Shown here one piece after another: positions 37,861 through 50,650 of a stretch of DNA of 64,000 nt. The stretch is from contig JAUZTB010000001.1 of assembly GCA_034780895.1 (NCBI GenBank), forward strand, positions 110,255,570-110,319,569, in the 5' to 3' direction. This DNA is from Rhynchobatus australiae (Eukaryota). How positions within the stretch are numbered: the stretch's first letter is position 1; each line of letters opens with the position of its first letter. The notes beneath the pieces were generated by a model, which saw nothing but the letters and a program-made list of their open reading frames with translations, was not told the origin of the DNA and searched no databases. The position numbers and the translations under genes were made by a program.

Positions 37861-39799
37861 AGGGTTTGTACTGGGAAACTTTATTACAAAGCTATAGTAT
37901 ACTGTCTATGGTTGTGGAATGGAATTCACAAATCAGCCAGTGGTTAAAATAAAACTTGCTAAAAGTAGATACACACTGTAACAGTTCCTCCATTTTGTGC
38001 CCCTTTGGTACTGGCTCTGCCAGATTTGGCACTGCCCACATGTACATTCTTGATTTTTTTAAGGAAGCCAGATCTTACAGGTGTGATAATGAGATTGGTT
38101 CTTCAAAAGAAATTTGTCTTAGTGTTCTTGAGCTGATGTGTAATGTATGACCAGTATCATCTGCAAACTCACGGGAAGAATTTTTATATAAACAGATTCA
38201 GATATTTTTGTTCCCATTTAAAACAAAAAACACAATATCTATTTGTGTGGCAGGAAATGAAATCCTGACAAAATAAAGTAATTAGAATGAAAATATGGTA
38301 AGAGTAACCTGTTACTAACTATGGCAAAGGTCATTCCAATGGTATAAGCTGCTCTGAATGATGAAGTGACAGAGAGAAATGGATTGTTTTCAAGAAGCAC
38401 AATGATAAACTGCCATTACCAGACTCTGATAAGATTAATTATTCCTTCCTAGTTTGATAGTATGTGACTCACAGACTCTTCTAACCTCTCCTGCAGGCCC
38501 ATGGATATCCCAGTCCTTTCTATTCCAAATACAGTGTTTGGAGAAAAGCAACATCCCATGCCACAAGTGCCAGGCCTAGAAACCTGGACTGATGAGGAAT
38601 ATCGTGAGTGTACTCAGGAGACGTATTTCAATCCTTTGTTAAGGATAGGCAATCACAAGTAGTAAAAAGTTCAATGGAATCCCAAAGACTAGTTGAGACA
38701 AGAACCAGAATGGCATGCTGGACTGTTCTGGTCCTTTTTTAACTATTGGTTTCTGTGACATTGCACTGGAAAATTTCATGATTGCTATAATAGAGCATTG
38801 TGGTGAGAAAGGAAGTACTGTAGCTATTCAATGTGCATGGAGGAAGCAAAATAGGCCAGAAAGGTGAAAGATCTGGGTGAAAAAGTACAGGGTTTAAGGT
38901 AAAAAATCAAGCCCAGGTCTTCATGAACAAAGTAATAGCATTTCATGGAAAGATTTATGAGAAATAAATTATACAGACACTGAGAAATATAAATCTGTAA
39001 ATGTTAGAGTTGAAAATATTAGGTTTATGAAAATTATGTGAATATAACACAGGAAGCAATCTGCAGAGATCAGCCCTCTGATCATTTCCTACTTCAAAGT
39101 GCTTACAGGGAATGAAGAAAATTCTCCTGTCAGTATGTTCTGGCACCTTTAAGGAGAAAGACTTTATGCTTTTCTCTGAAATATTCAGCTGGTAAACAAT
39201 TACTGCAGGTCTGACTGACTACAAAATATTATTTTTCAAGTTATATTTCATAATTTATATCTAGTTTTCTCTTGACTAATGCTTGAATTGGCTTGTGCAT
39301 TCACCACTAACTCCAACCTACACACTTTGTATATATATTCCATAAGTTCATCACCTTCTGTGTAAAGTGGTTAAATCTGAACTCTGACTCCCTCTATATT
39401 TTGATTTCATCTTGGGCTGTGATTGCATTTATTGTTCATCATTGATTTCCCAGATGGTGACCATTGGAATCCCAATTGTGATGGTGCCTCACTATCATTA
39501 TCTTTGAAAGTTTATATTGATCAGCCATGAAGCTGCATGTTACTCAGAGACAGTAGGACTGGTAAGACCTTACCTGAAGGTACTTTTATTATCCCAGAAC
39601 TAGTTTTATTAACATTGCAGAGATGCCATAACCCCAAGGACAGGTTTAGCTCAATAAGAAACTGCCGCAGTTCAATCCCAGGGCAGTTAGTAATGAACAG
39701 TAGATGTACCGACAGATATTCTCTCAAATTATTGTTTGTAATAATCTCCCCTTTACTTATGTTTCGCAGACTGATAAATGATTCCCAGATTTAGCAACA

Positions 39800-39931
39800 A
39801 GTCCTATGTGGGGTCTTGATTCAGAACAACAAAATTCCTTTCCCCCCCCCCAGATGCTGCTCAACCAGCTGAGTTCCTCCAATGGTTTGATTTTTGCTCC
39901 ATATTCCAGCATTTGCAGTCTCTTGTGTCTC
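39800..39931 (+). mobile_element. Penelope pLTR fragment
   Basis: CAGATGCTGCTCAACCAGCTGAGTTCCTCCA...TTGCTCCATATTCCAGCATTTGCAGTCTCTTGTGTCTC is the reverse complement of the 15178-15260 motif. Confidence 0.75.
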
Positions 39932-42900
39932 AACCTAGCTGTAAGATCATACAAAAAAGCTAATAAACACTGCTGATAGTGACTCCAATCGGAGCATTTG
40001 TGTTTGTTGCAAATACAGAAAATATGCTGCAGTCTGTGTAGCTTGTAAACTACCCTGTGTTCTCGGTGTTAGTTTAGTGACTTTCTAAATTACAAGGTAA
40101 ACCAGGAAGAAACAAACAGNNNNNNNNNNNNNNNNNNNNNNNNNNNNNNCGATAAAATATATGAATTTTTGCTGTTTTTGACTGCTATCATATTTTAATT
40201 TTGCTAAGATTAAGTATATTTTTTCCAAAAATAAATGTAATAGGACGTGCCAAATTAATTCTACAAAAATTAAATCAGTGAGGCAAGTAGAAATTCTGTG
40301 ATCAGTCCTCCTAATGTAGAATTACATGGCTAACTGGCCAAAGCCTGGGATGTCCCAATAGCATAAGAAAAATCCCCATGACAAAATACGTGAAGGTTAA
40401 TACTTATTTTATATTGTATCATGTACAAACAAACAAGTATTTTAGAAATGCTAAAGGTTCTGGGGACAGAGCCAGCAAGTTGTAAGTGCAGACAAGTATT
40501 GTAAGAGTAGGAGGCAAAGTGCATAATTGGGGTCAAAAGTATAAGGACCCTTTAACAAATTTCACCATAAATCACTGGCCTTTGGAAGTGTAGTAGAGCA
40601 TCATATAGCAACTTACAAGACAAGTGGAGAAACTGGAGGAAGGGGTAATAACTTCACTACATTAGTGAAATGTTGACCTTATAGATCATTCAAAGTTATC
40701 ATGCTCTAAATTTAATTTAGCTACAGACTATGCAATTAGGTCATTTGCTACTATCTTTTGTAATCTGTTGTATTGAAACATATAATAGCCAGTGAATATT
40801 ATAATATTTCTCATGTAAAAGTAATATTTCCTGTAATGTTAGGAAACCATTAAAGAACTCAGCCTTCTGCTGTACGTTGTGAAATCATAGTGATTTTTGA
40901 CATTGGTAAAATAATGTAGGTGTACGACTGAATAAGGGTTCTCAGCAATTAAAATTCTGGAGCTGTATAAATATATGTAAAGTAGTATATAAGGCTTTTT
41001 GGCCTTCCCCTTGTTGTTTGTGTGATCATCCAGATGTCTTAACTGTATGCTATGTTATCTTATGTTGCACTCAAACTGTATGCTTATCTGAGTTTTATTT
41101 TGAAGGATTTACCACCTTTGAAAATTTTGATCTAATATATCAACCCATTTGACATTTTATTCACCAATTACAATGGTAAATATGAATCATGAATGATAAA
41201 TTATGCTTGTCAATATTGTTTTGAGCTCCCACTCATGATCTGTAATACCAGTATAAGCCATTTCATAAGGAATAGCATGCTACAATTAAAAAAAAAATCT
41301 GCCTGTGGCTTTGTTCAGTGTCAACTATAAAGACATGGATGGCCAAGCTCATGTANNNNNNNNNNNNNNNNNNNNNNNNNNNNNNNNNNNNNNNNNNNNN
41401 NNNNNNNNNNNNNNNNNNNNNNNNNNNNNNNNNNNNNNNNNNNNNNNNNNNNNNNNNNNNNNNNNNNNNNNNNNNNNNNNNNNNNNNNNNNNNNNNNNNN
41501 NNNNNNNNNNNNNNNNNNNNNNNNNNNNNNNNNNNNNNNNNNNNNNNNNNNNNNNNNNNNNNNNNNNNNNNNNNNNNNNNNNNNNNNNNNNNNNNNNNNN
41601 NNNNNNNNNNNNNNNNNNNNNNNNNNNNNNNNNNNNNNNNNNNNNNNNNNNNNNNNNNNNNNNNNNNNNTCTGTGTCTAGCTTGTTAAAGTAAATTGAAG
41701 CATAAAACATTCATTTTAAATCATAGAAATGAAAAATCACAGATTAAGATGTTTCAGATTAAGGGATGGTGCAATGTTTTATGTGTGAACTAATTATCAC
41801 TATATGACCATTTAATGAATAATATGGCACTCCCAGCCCAATTAAGCTGATGTAACAGCATTTAGCTTATTTTCCCATTTGAAAAAGCCAAGAAGAGATC
41901 ATTGTTAAGGACCATCTTGTGTTTGCTGGATGAAGTCCCAATTACTTCTTGCTGTTTTATATGTGTATTACTGTTGCTATGGAGCTCACTAAAACTAGTT
42001 AAGCTGCATATAGCTCTCTGCTTGGAGTGAATGTTGTACAGTTCATGGAGTATGGCAGTTTGTGACTTTCATTACTTAGTTTAGAACAGAAGAATCAAGC
42101 AGTGTCAGCAATCCACCTGATTACATTCCAAGTCTCCATTATTGGACTTTGTAATAGTCACTTCATTTTCCACATTTCTTCATGTAGCTTAAGCCAGATG
42201 TTTTGGAAAGGCATATTGAATTGTTTCCATTAGGTCTATTCCAAGCTGCACCGAGTAGCTTAATAAAGGGGCTACCATCCTGAAAGCAGGTGGAGGGGGT
42301 CAAGTAAATAGAGCCCACATGATTTTACACATAACCAGAATAAAAAAGGTTTTCTTTTCTCTCTTGGTATGAATCCAGTTATTACAAATGTGACCACTCA
42401 ACAAAAATAATCACTTGCATACTGATTAATTTTATAGTTTGTGCAACTATTAAAAGCCTATATTTTGCATTTAAAAAAGAACTGTTTGTAAAACTCCTTG
42501 GCGCCAGCAACATTAGTCAATATAATCTGTAATGCTGCCTGTATCAACAATATCTATCAGAATAAAAATCTAGTATTTAAATGAATTCTCCATAAGTCCC
42601 TACTTCCGGCCTCATGTTACATTTGAGATATTTTTTGAATTACAATATGGACAAATAACGATAGGTATGACAAAAAAAGCTACATCACAAGCTGATGGTA
42701 CACAGGGGATAAGTAAACTCTACTGCCAAGAAGGAAGCACTGGATAATATAAACTTTATGGAACATGTGATATCAGTTTTAAGCTGTTCTTCAGCCTCAT
42801 TCACACNNNNNNNNNNNNNNNNNNNNNNNNNNNNNNNNNNNNNNNNNNNNNNNNNNNNNNNNNNNNNNNNNNNNNNNNNNNNNNNNNNNNNNNNNNNNNN

Positions 42901-45057
42901 NNNNNNNNNNNNNNNNNNNNNNNNNNNNNNNNNNNNNNNNNNNNNNNNNNNNNNNNNNNNNNNNNNNNNNNNNNNNNNNNNNNNNNNNNNNNNNNNNNNN
43001 NNNNNNNNNNNNNNNNNNNNNNNNNNNNNNNNNNNNNNNNNNNNNNNNNNNNNNNNNNNNNNNNNNNNNNNNNNNNNNNNNNNNNNNNNNNNNNNNNNNN
43101 NNNNNNNNNNNNNNNNNNCTGAGATTCCCCACTATCCCAGCCAAGCTAGTACTGCCCATGCATTTTCTTCATCATTTCAGTGAGTTCTGTATGTGAGCCA
43201 GCACATTCTTAAGCAAATGATCCAGTAAGCATGGTTACTGGCTCCTGAGCACAGGCTGTCTGAGTGTCAGCTCTTACTACTTAGCGGGAGTTTTTGAGTA
43301 ACTGAAAGCACAAGTTCAGGTTATCAGTTTGATCAGAGTTGTTGGGGTAAATTGCAGTTTTATTTAGGTAGCTGATGCATTCAAGAAGGAAGCCATGTTC
43401 TTTAAATCTTCGGACTGGAATTGTTGACGCCTCAGGTACTCTGGCTTTACAATGAATGACTGCTGTGTTGACTTTGTCTAATTATAGGGGAGTGGCAACA
43501 GAAGCAATGATGGGCAGCGTCACACTTGGTGGGATAGTTGAGAAAGTCTGCCACAGCCATGGAGAGCGAGACAAGACAGACCAATGACTGACACAAAAAT
43601 GGCTCTTCACTTGGCAAAAAATGTAGACAAATTGGCAGTGTTGCATGATGTTGCTTTACTTTTAACTGGGACTTTGACTGATGAAACAATTGCCAAAATG
43701 TCTGTCAGATTTAAACGGTTGATATACAGTGCCTGTTGACATAAGTGGCAGAAGTGAAAGATAAATGTAATGGCAATGATTCTAAGATAACAACCGATAA
43801 TAATTAATGAGTAAAATCTCACTACAATAAAAGCAATCCGTTGACAGGTAAATTTATTTATATCCAAAATTACTATCCAGAAGTGAGTATTTAAAAAAAT
43901 AAGAAAAAAGTTAAATTGAAAGAGTAAAGGAACACAATATGTAGAAAGATATATCTGTGCCTTTAAGCACATGTTGACTGGCACCGCAGCAACAATCTAA
44001 GATTATAGAAATGTTCTTAGAGTCAATCTGTGTCAATGAACAATGTAGGTCCAATCTGACCATGCCCAAGAGCACGTAAAATTCAGTATCAATCTGCANN
44101 NNNNNNNNNNNNAGGATCTATCAGTGAAAATGAACAACATAGGACCAATCTCTGGCCATGCACCGTGTGGAATCAGTCTGCCGCTATGTACAGTGTAGGA
44201 TCAACCTGCCACTCATAAGACTCCAGGTTTAGTCTGTGATAATGAATGCTGCAGGATAAATCTATCACTATGTGCAGTGCAGGATCAATCTGTGACTATG
44301 AGTATTATAGATCAGTCTCTGAATGTGCATCATGTAGGATCAATCTGTGACTATAAATAGTGTTGGACCAATCTGCAACTTTAAACATAGAATCAATCAA
44401 CAACTACGTGTGGTATAGGATTAACCTGTGACCATGCATATGGTAGAATCAATCTTTTGCTATGAACAGTGTACTATCAAACAGCAAGTATAAATCTGTA
44501 ACAAAAACAGCAAACAACAAAGCAGATCTATCTTTGGTGTAAGATCAATCTGTGCCCATGAATAGTGTAAGATCAATCAGTGGCTGTGAACTATGTAGGA
44601 TGAATCTGCAGCAATTAACAGTGTAATATCATTCTAGGACTATGTACAGTGCAGAATTCATATGTGACTATGATTCAGGAACGACAGTGATGGAGTATAA
44701 TGTAGAATCAATCTGTGATTAATTGCATTGTAGGCTCAATTTGTGAGTATATTCGTGACCACGTGCAGCATCGGATAAGTTTGTGACTATGAGCACTGTA
44801 TGACCATGCAGAGTCTAAGATCATAAACAAGTGCAGTGTCAGACCAGTCTATGACCATGAATACTGCAGGGCCAAATCAGAGCTGTATACAGTCATTAAT
44901 CAATTTATTACAATGAGTACAGTAGGATTAGTCTGTAACTTTGTCCAGTGTAAAATCAATCCATGAGAATGAACTCAGTAGAATTAATCCCTACCAACAT
45001 ACAATGTGGGATCAATCAGCAACTGTGAACATTGCTTCAATCTTGACACTGTGCAAT

Positions 45058-45876
45058 TCCTAGTGGAGTGCCACAGGGACCAGTTCTGGGGCCTTAGATA
45101 TTTATAATCTATATTAATGACTTGGATGAGGGTTCCAACTGCACTGTACCCATATTTGTCAGTGATACAAAGATATGAGGGTCAGCAAATTGTGAGCAGA
45201 TACAAAGAGTATGCAAAGGGATACTAAGTGAGTGGAGAAGTTGACAGAGGAGTATAATGTGGAAAAATGTGAGGTTATCCACTTTGGAAGGAAAAATGAA
45301 AAAACAAATTATTATTTTGTGATACTATAAAATATTACAGTACAAAGAATTCTGGGGAGTATACTCTCATTGGAGGTATAGAGATGGCTCCCTATGGTCA
45401 TTGTTGGTATGAAGGAGTTGATGTATGGGGAGGGGTCAAACAGGTTGGGCCTGCAGTAATTTTACTTCNNNNNNATGAGAGGCAATCTTATTGAAACACT
45501 TCAGATTTTGAGAAGGATTGACAGAGTGGATGCTGAGAGGATGTTTCACACAGCGGGTGTGGCTAGAACTACAGGATATAGTTAAAGAATCAAGGGTAGT
45601 CCACTAAGATAGAGATGAGAAGGAATTTCTTCTCTCAAATGACAGCAACTCTTTGGATTTCTTTACCCCAGAAAGCTGTGGAAGCAGAGTCATTGAATAT
45701 ATTCAGAGTGAAGAGTGACGGAAATTTGAATTGCAAGGGACTCAGCAATATGAGGAGGAAGCAGGAATTGGTGTTGGGGCCAAGACTGGATCAGCCATGA
45801 TCTTACTGGATGGTGGAGCAGGCACAAGGAGCCAATAGGCCTACTCCTGCTCCTGTTTCTTATATTCCTATGTTCA
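45058..45876 (+). mobile_element. CR1 LINE (RT to 3' end) inserted in the 28-bp array
   Basis: SGVPQGPVLGP*IFIIYINDLDEG...DTK, then MRRNFFSQMTATLWISLPQKAVEAESLNIF, and the tail CCTGTTTCTTATATTCCTATGTTC. Confidence 0.9.
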
Positions 45877-46049
45877 TTGTAGGATCCATCTGTGGCTATG
45901 AATATTTTATCATTAAGATGAGATAATGAGCAACATTGGATCAATCTGTGACAATGAATGGTACAGAATGAGTCTATGTTTGTGTCAAGCTTGCTCTGCC
46001 AATTAACAGGAAGATGTCTGAGCTTCCACCACAACATCCTTTACCTACC

Positions 46050-46470
46050 CTATCCCAATATCCCTTGATTCCAAGAATATCCAAAAATGTGACATTCTCT
46101 GTTCTGAATGAAACCATTTAACGAGCCTCCACAACCCTCAAGAGTGGAGAATTCCAAAGATCCACCACCCTATGAGTGAAGAAACTTCTCCTCGTTTCTG
46201 TACTAATTGGCCTCGCCTTTATTTTGAGATCGTAATCTTTAGTTGTTGACTCATCAACCTGGGAAAACATCCTTCCTGTATAAACCCTTTCAAGACCTTT
46301 CATTGTGGTCATCTCTCATTCTTTTAAACCCTAAAGAACAGAGGCCTAGCTTACTCAATTCCTCTTCGTATGACAGACCTGCCATCCCTGGAACCAGTCT
46401 AGTGAATCTTCACTGCACTGCATCCATAGCAAGTATATTTTTGTTCAGGTCAGGAGATTTGAATTGTATA
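46050..46470 (-). mobile_element. CR1 LINE fragment
   Basis: ORF 46118-46312 reads MKGLERVYTGRMF...LKIKARPISTETRRSFFTHRVVDLWNSP. Confidence 0.85.
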
Positions 46471-48299
46471 GTACATCAGGGGAGGCCCAATATATCAATC
46501 TGTGACTATGACTGCTCCAGGATTAAGCTATGAGAAGAGTACCATGGCTATAGGCATTCCAGGATCAATGAATACTCTAGCATCAATATGTGACTGAATA
46601 CTACAGAATAAATATATGACAATGTGTAGTGTGGGGTCAATCTGCCACTGCACGTCAATTCCAGCCCCTCTGTTACAATGAATTCTGTACATTATAAGAT
46701 GTGATCTGTGTACAGTGTGAGATCAATGTAACCATCAATACTGAAGGATCAATTTATGACAATGTACAGTGCAGGATCAATCCATGACCATAAATACAGT
46801 AGGACCAATGTTTGAGATCTGGAATCAGCCTGTGTCTGTGTATAAATTAGGGTCATTCTGCAACAATGAAAATTTTAGGAATAGTTCAAGATCAATCCAT
46901 GATGGTACAGTGCTATATCAAGCAGTCTCTGAATACTTTAAGGGTCTGTGACTATGAATATTGTAGGGTTAAGAGGTAACTATATATATAGTACAGGACC
47001 AATTAGCAGTTATGTATTCTNNNNNNNNNNNNNNNNNNNNNNNNNNNNNNNNNNNNNNNNNNNNNNNNNNNNNNNNNNNNNNNNNNNNNNNNNNNNNNNN
47101 NNNNNNNNNNNNNNNNNNNNNNNNNNNNNNNNNNNNNNNNNNNNNNNNNNNNNNNNNNNNNNNNNNNNNNNNNNNNNNNNNNNNNNNNNNNAAATCAATC
47201 TGCCACTCTTGAAGAATACTGCAAGATCAATCTGAATATGAATGTACTAGGATGAGTTTGCGATTATTAATACTGTCCATCTGTGACTATACACAGATTA
47301 GGTTCAGTTTGCCACTATGGATAATCTAGGGTCAATCTGTGACCATGAAAACTGTAGGATAGATCTGAGACTACTAATGTGTGGGATCAATCCGTAACTA
47401 TGCACAGTGTCAGTTCATTCTGTGACTATGAACTGTATAAAATATGTCTGTGAACCAGACTATGCTATGATCAATGTGTGAGTATTTGTAGTTTGTGATC
47501 AATCTGTCACTATGAAGACAGTGAGATCAATCTGTCACTCTGTCTACATATAGTGCAGGATCAATCTATGACTACAAATAGCATAGGATCAGTGAAATGT
47601 GATATCAATCTGTGACCATATACAGTGCAGTATGAGTCCTTAGCTTGGACTATTCTGGGATTATTGTGATAAAAAGCAGTGTGTTATCAACCTCTGACCA
47701 TGTACAGTATGGAGTCAATCCGTGACAATACAGTCTAGGATCAATTTGCGACTTTGTTCAATGCAGGGTCGAACTGTGACAATGAATTCTGTAGAATTAA
47801 ACATGCCACTGTGAACAGTATAACTTCAACCTGTGAAAATAAGCGGTGCAAGATCAATTGTTGACTTAATAAAGTACAGGATGATTCTGTGACTATGTAT
47901 ACCTTAAGATCCACCTGAAGCTACGGATATTGTCAGACTAATCTGTGACTATGTCCAGTGTAGGATCAATTTGCGACCAGATCAATTTGTCAATATGTAC
48001 AGTTTAGAATCAAACTGCGACCATGTGCAGTGTCAGATCATCTTTTGTCAATGTGCATTGTGAGATCAAGCTGTATTTATGAACAGCATTAGTTCAATCC
48101 AAGTAATGGACATTATTGTGGCTAGGAGTAACACAGCATCAATTTATGACTATAAATAGTGTTGGGTCAACCTAGATAAACTGGAGTGCCATCCTGATTC
48201 TATATGGAGTGTCAAAGTAGCCTGTGAATAGGAACAAAGTAGGATTAATCTGTGGCTGTGCTCATCCCAAATCAATCTGTGATAATGAACACCATCAAA

Positions 48300-49326
48300 G
48301 GAACATGGAAACATAGAAAACAGAAGCAGGGGTAGACCATTTGGCTCTTCCAGCTGTTCTGTCATTCAATATCATCAGGATATTGGAGGAACAGAGGGAC
48401 CTTGGGGTCCAAGACCATAGATCCCTCAAAATTGCCACGCAAGCTGATAGGGTTGTTAAGAAGGCATACGGTGTGTTGTCCTTCATTAGTCAGGGGATTG
48501 AGTTCCAGAGCCATGAGGTAATGTTGCAGCTCTATAAAATCCTGACTGGAACATACTTAGAGTATTGTGTTCAGTTCTGGTCACCTCCATTATATGTGGA
48601 AGCTTTAGAAAGGGTCCAGAGGAGATATACCAGGATGCCAGCTGGATTGGAGAGCATGTCTTATGAGGATAGGTTGAGTGAGCTAGGGCTTTTCTCTTTG
48701 GCGTGCAAGGCAACCTGATAGAGGTGTACAAGATGATAAGAGGCATAGATCGAGTGGACAACCAGACTTTTTCCCAGGGTGGAAATGGTTAACACGAGGA
48801 GGCATAATTTTAAGGTGATTGAAGGAAAGTATAGGGGTGATATCAGAGGTAAGTGATTTTACACTGAGAGTGGTGGGTGTGTGGAATGCACTGCCAGCAG
48901 TGGTTGTGGAGGCAGATACATTAGAAACATTTAAGAGACTCTTAGATAGGCACATGGACGATAGAAAAGTAGAGGGGCATGGAGGAGGGAATGGTTGATC
49001 TTAGAGTAGGTTAAAAGGTCGGCACAACATTGTGGGTCAAAGGGCCTGTGCTGTGCTGTAACATTCTATGTTCTATCATGGCTGATCCTCTATCTTAATA
49101 CCTTATTACCAGTCTTTCCCAATACCTCTTGATGCTTTTGCTTTGATCTATCAACTTCATTCATTAGTGTATTCATCAACTTGGCCTCCACTGTTCTCTG
49201 TTCTCCTCATCTTAGTCCTAAATGTCTTAAACATGCAGATGGAGACCCTCATTCTGGGCTCCCAGCCAATGTAATATCCTCCCTTCATCCGGTCCATCTC
49301 GCCCAGTCAGAACTTTGTATGTTTCA
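48300..49326 (-). mobile_element. Older CR1 3' end, split by a younger CR1
   Basis: Tail GAACATGGAAACATAGAAAACAGAAGCAGGGGTAGACCATT...CATTCAATATCAT (48300-48375) resumes as ATCATGGCTGATC... at 49075. Confidence 0.75.
48376..49074 (+). mobile_element. Younger CR1 LINE 3' portion
   Basis: ORF reads EEQRDLGVQDHRSLKIATQADRVVKKAYGVLSFISQGIEFQSHEVMLQLYK..LEYCVQFWSP..EALERVQRRYTRM. It has a (TTCTATG)n tail and is flanked by a TATCAT direct repeat. Confidence 0.93.
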
Positions 49327-50627
49327 NNNNNNNNNNNNNNNNNNNNNNNNNNNNNNNNNNNNNNNNNNNNNNNNNNNNNNNNNNNNNNNNNNNNNNNNNN
49401 NNNNNNNNNNNNNNNNNNNNNNNNNNNNNNNNNNNNNNNNNNNNNNNNNNNNNNNNNNNNNNNNNNNNNNNNNNNNNNNNNNNNNNNNNNNNNNNNNNNN
49501 NNNNNNNNNNNNNNNNNNNNNNNNNNNNNNNNNNNNNNNNNNNNNNNNNNNNNNNNNNNNNNNNNNNNNNNNNNGTATAATTGATCTGTGACTGTGTATA
49601 GTGTTGCATCAATCTTTGACCTTCAAAACTTAGATCAATTTGCAACTTAAAGTAGTGTAAGAACAATGTGTGGACCAGAACACTCAATAATCTGTCAATG
49701 TCTGGTCATTTCTTTGAGTCTGCACATTTAAGATCACTATGATCAGCAGCGGATCAGTCTGAGACAACATACATTGTAGGATTAATCTGCAACTGTAATC
49801 ACAGTAGGGTCATTATTGAAATGTAAATACCCATATAATCAATCTTTGACTATGGATAGCATAAAATCAATCTGTGACAATGTACAGTTTAAATTAGTTA
49901 TGTGATTGTGTCAGATCAATCCATTAGATCCATCAGATCAATCCATTACAATGTATATTGTAGGACCAATTTCTACTATGCACAATGTCAAATTAATCCA
50001 TGGCTGTATCCAATGTAACAACAACAATGAATATTCCAAAATCAACCTTTGAAAATGAATACTGTGGGATCAATCTGTGACTGGGACTGTGCACAGTGTA
50101 GGATCTTTGACTATGTACAGTAGACGATCAATCTGCCACTATGAGTACTGTAGAATCAATCTGTGATTTTGTGCAGTTTGGTATCAATCTGTGACTATGT
50201 AATCTGTACGATAAATGTGATAAATGAGTTCTCTGGAATCAATCATGAGAATGTAGTATCAATCTGTGAATATTTACTGTGCAGGATAAATCTGTGACTA
50301 TAAGAATAATCTGTGGCTATGTACAGTGTAAGATCAGCCTGTAGCAATGCATAGCACTGGACCAATCCATGAGAATGGACACTGTAGAATCAATCTGCAA
50401 CTATGAACACTCTAAGATCAGTCTGTAACTATGAACAGCATAGAATCAATCTGTGACTGAAAAATGTTGGATCAATTTGTTACCTTGGACATTGCAATCT
50501 GTTGCAATGAATATTGTGTTCTGAATTCCAGTAGCATAATTGGTGAGTTCAGTTAAAGTTTTGCCTACAAAACAATATGTGGGCAAGCCTTATTGATAAA
50601 CATTTGATAATAAAAATCTTTCAACAG

Positions 50628-50650
50628 GTGTGTGTGTGTGTGTGTGTGTG
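50628..50650. repeat. (TG)n microsatellite running into a gap
   Basis: Directly visible. Confidence 0.9.

Larger units (their letters stand above)
43990..50517. repeat. Highly diverged 28-bp tandem array (consensus ~GGATCAATCTGTGACTATGTACAGTGTA)
   Basis: GATCAATCTG(T/C)(G/A/C)AC(T/C/A)ATG recurs at ~27-28 bp spacing in segments ~44019-45057, 45877-45980, 46470-47010, 47192-48300 and 49575-50517. Confidence 0.92.

Noticed and set aside
38589-38625. CTGATGA followed by a small hairpin, as a possible hammerhead
   Set aside because: No GAAA core follows (GAGAC instead) and there is no stem I pairing.
48341-48718. 125-aa ORF (and ORFs at 51531-52739) as host genes
   Set aside because: The peptides are CR1 ORF2 fragments with frameshifts and stops.
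43990-50517. CRISPR-like array (conserved core plus variable part)
   Set aside because: The variable part is only ~9 bp and is itself homologous between units. The context is vertebrate and there are no cas genes.
43990-50517. V(D)J RSS array, Ig switch region, or 84-bp (3x28) C2H2 zinc-finger array
   Set aside because: CACAGTG occurs only occasionally (47403, 50092) with no properly spaced nonamer and no V/J segments. The array is not AGCT-rich, and the tandem consensus has stops on both strands and no TGEKP linkers.
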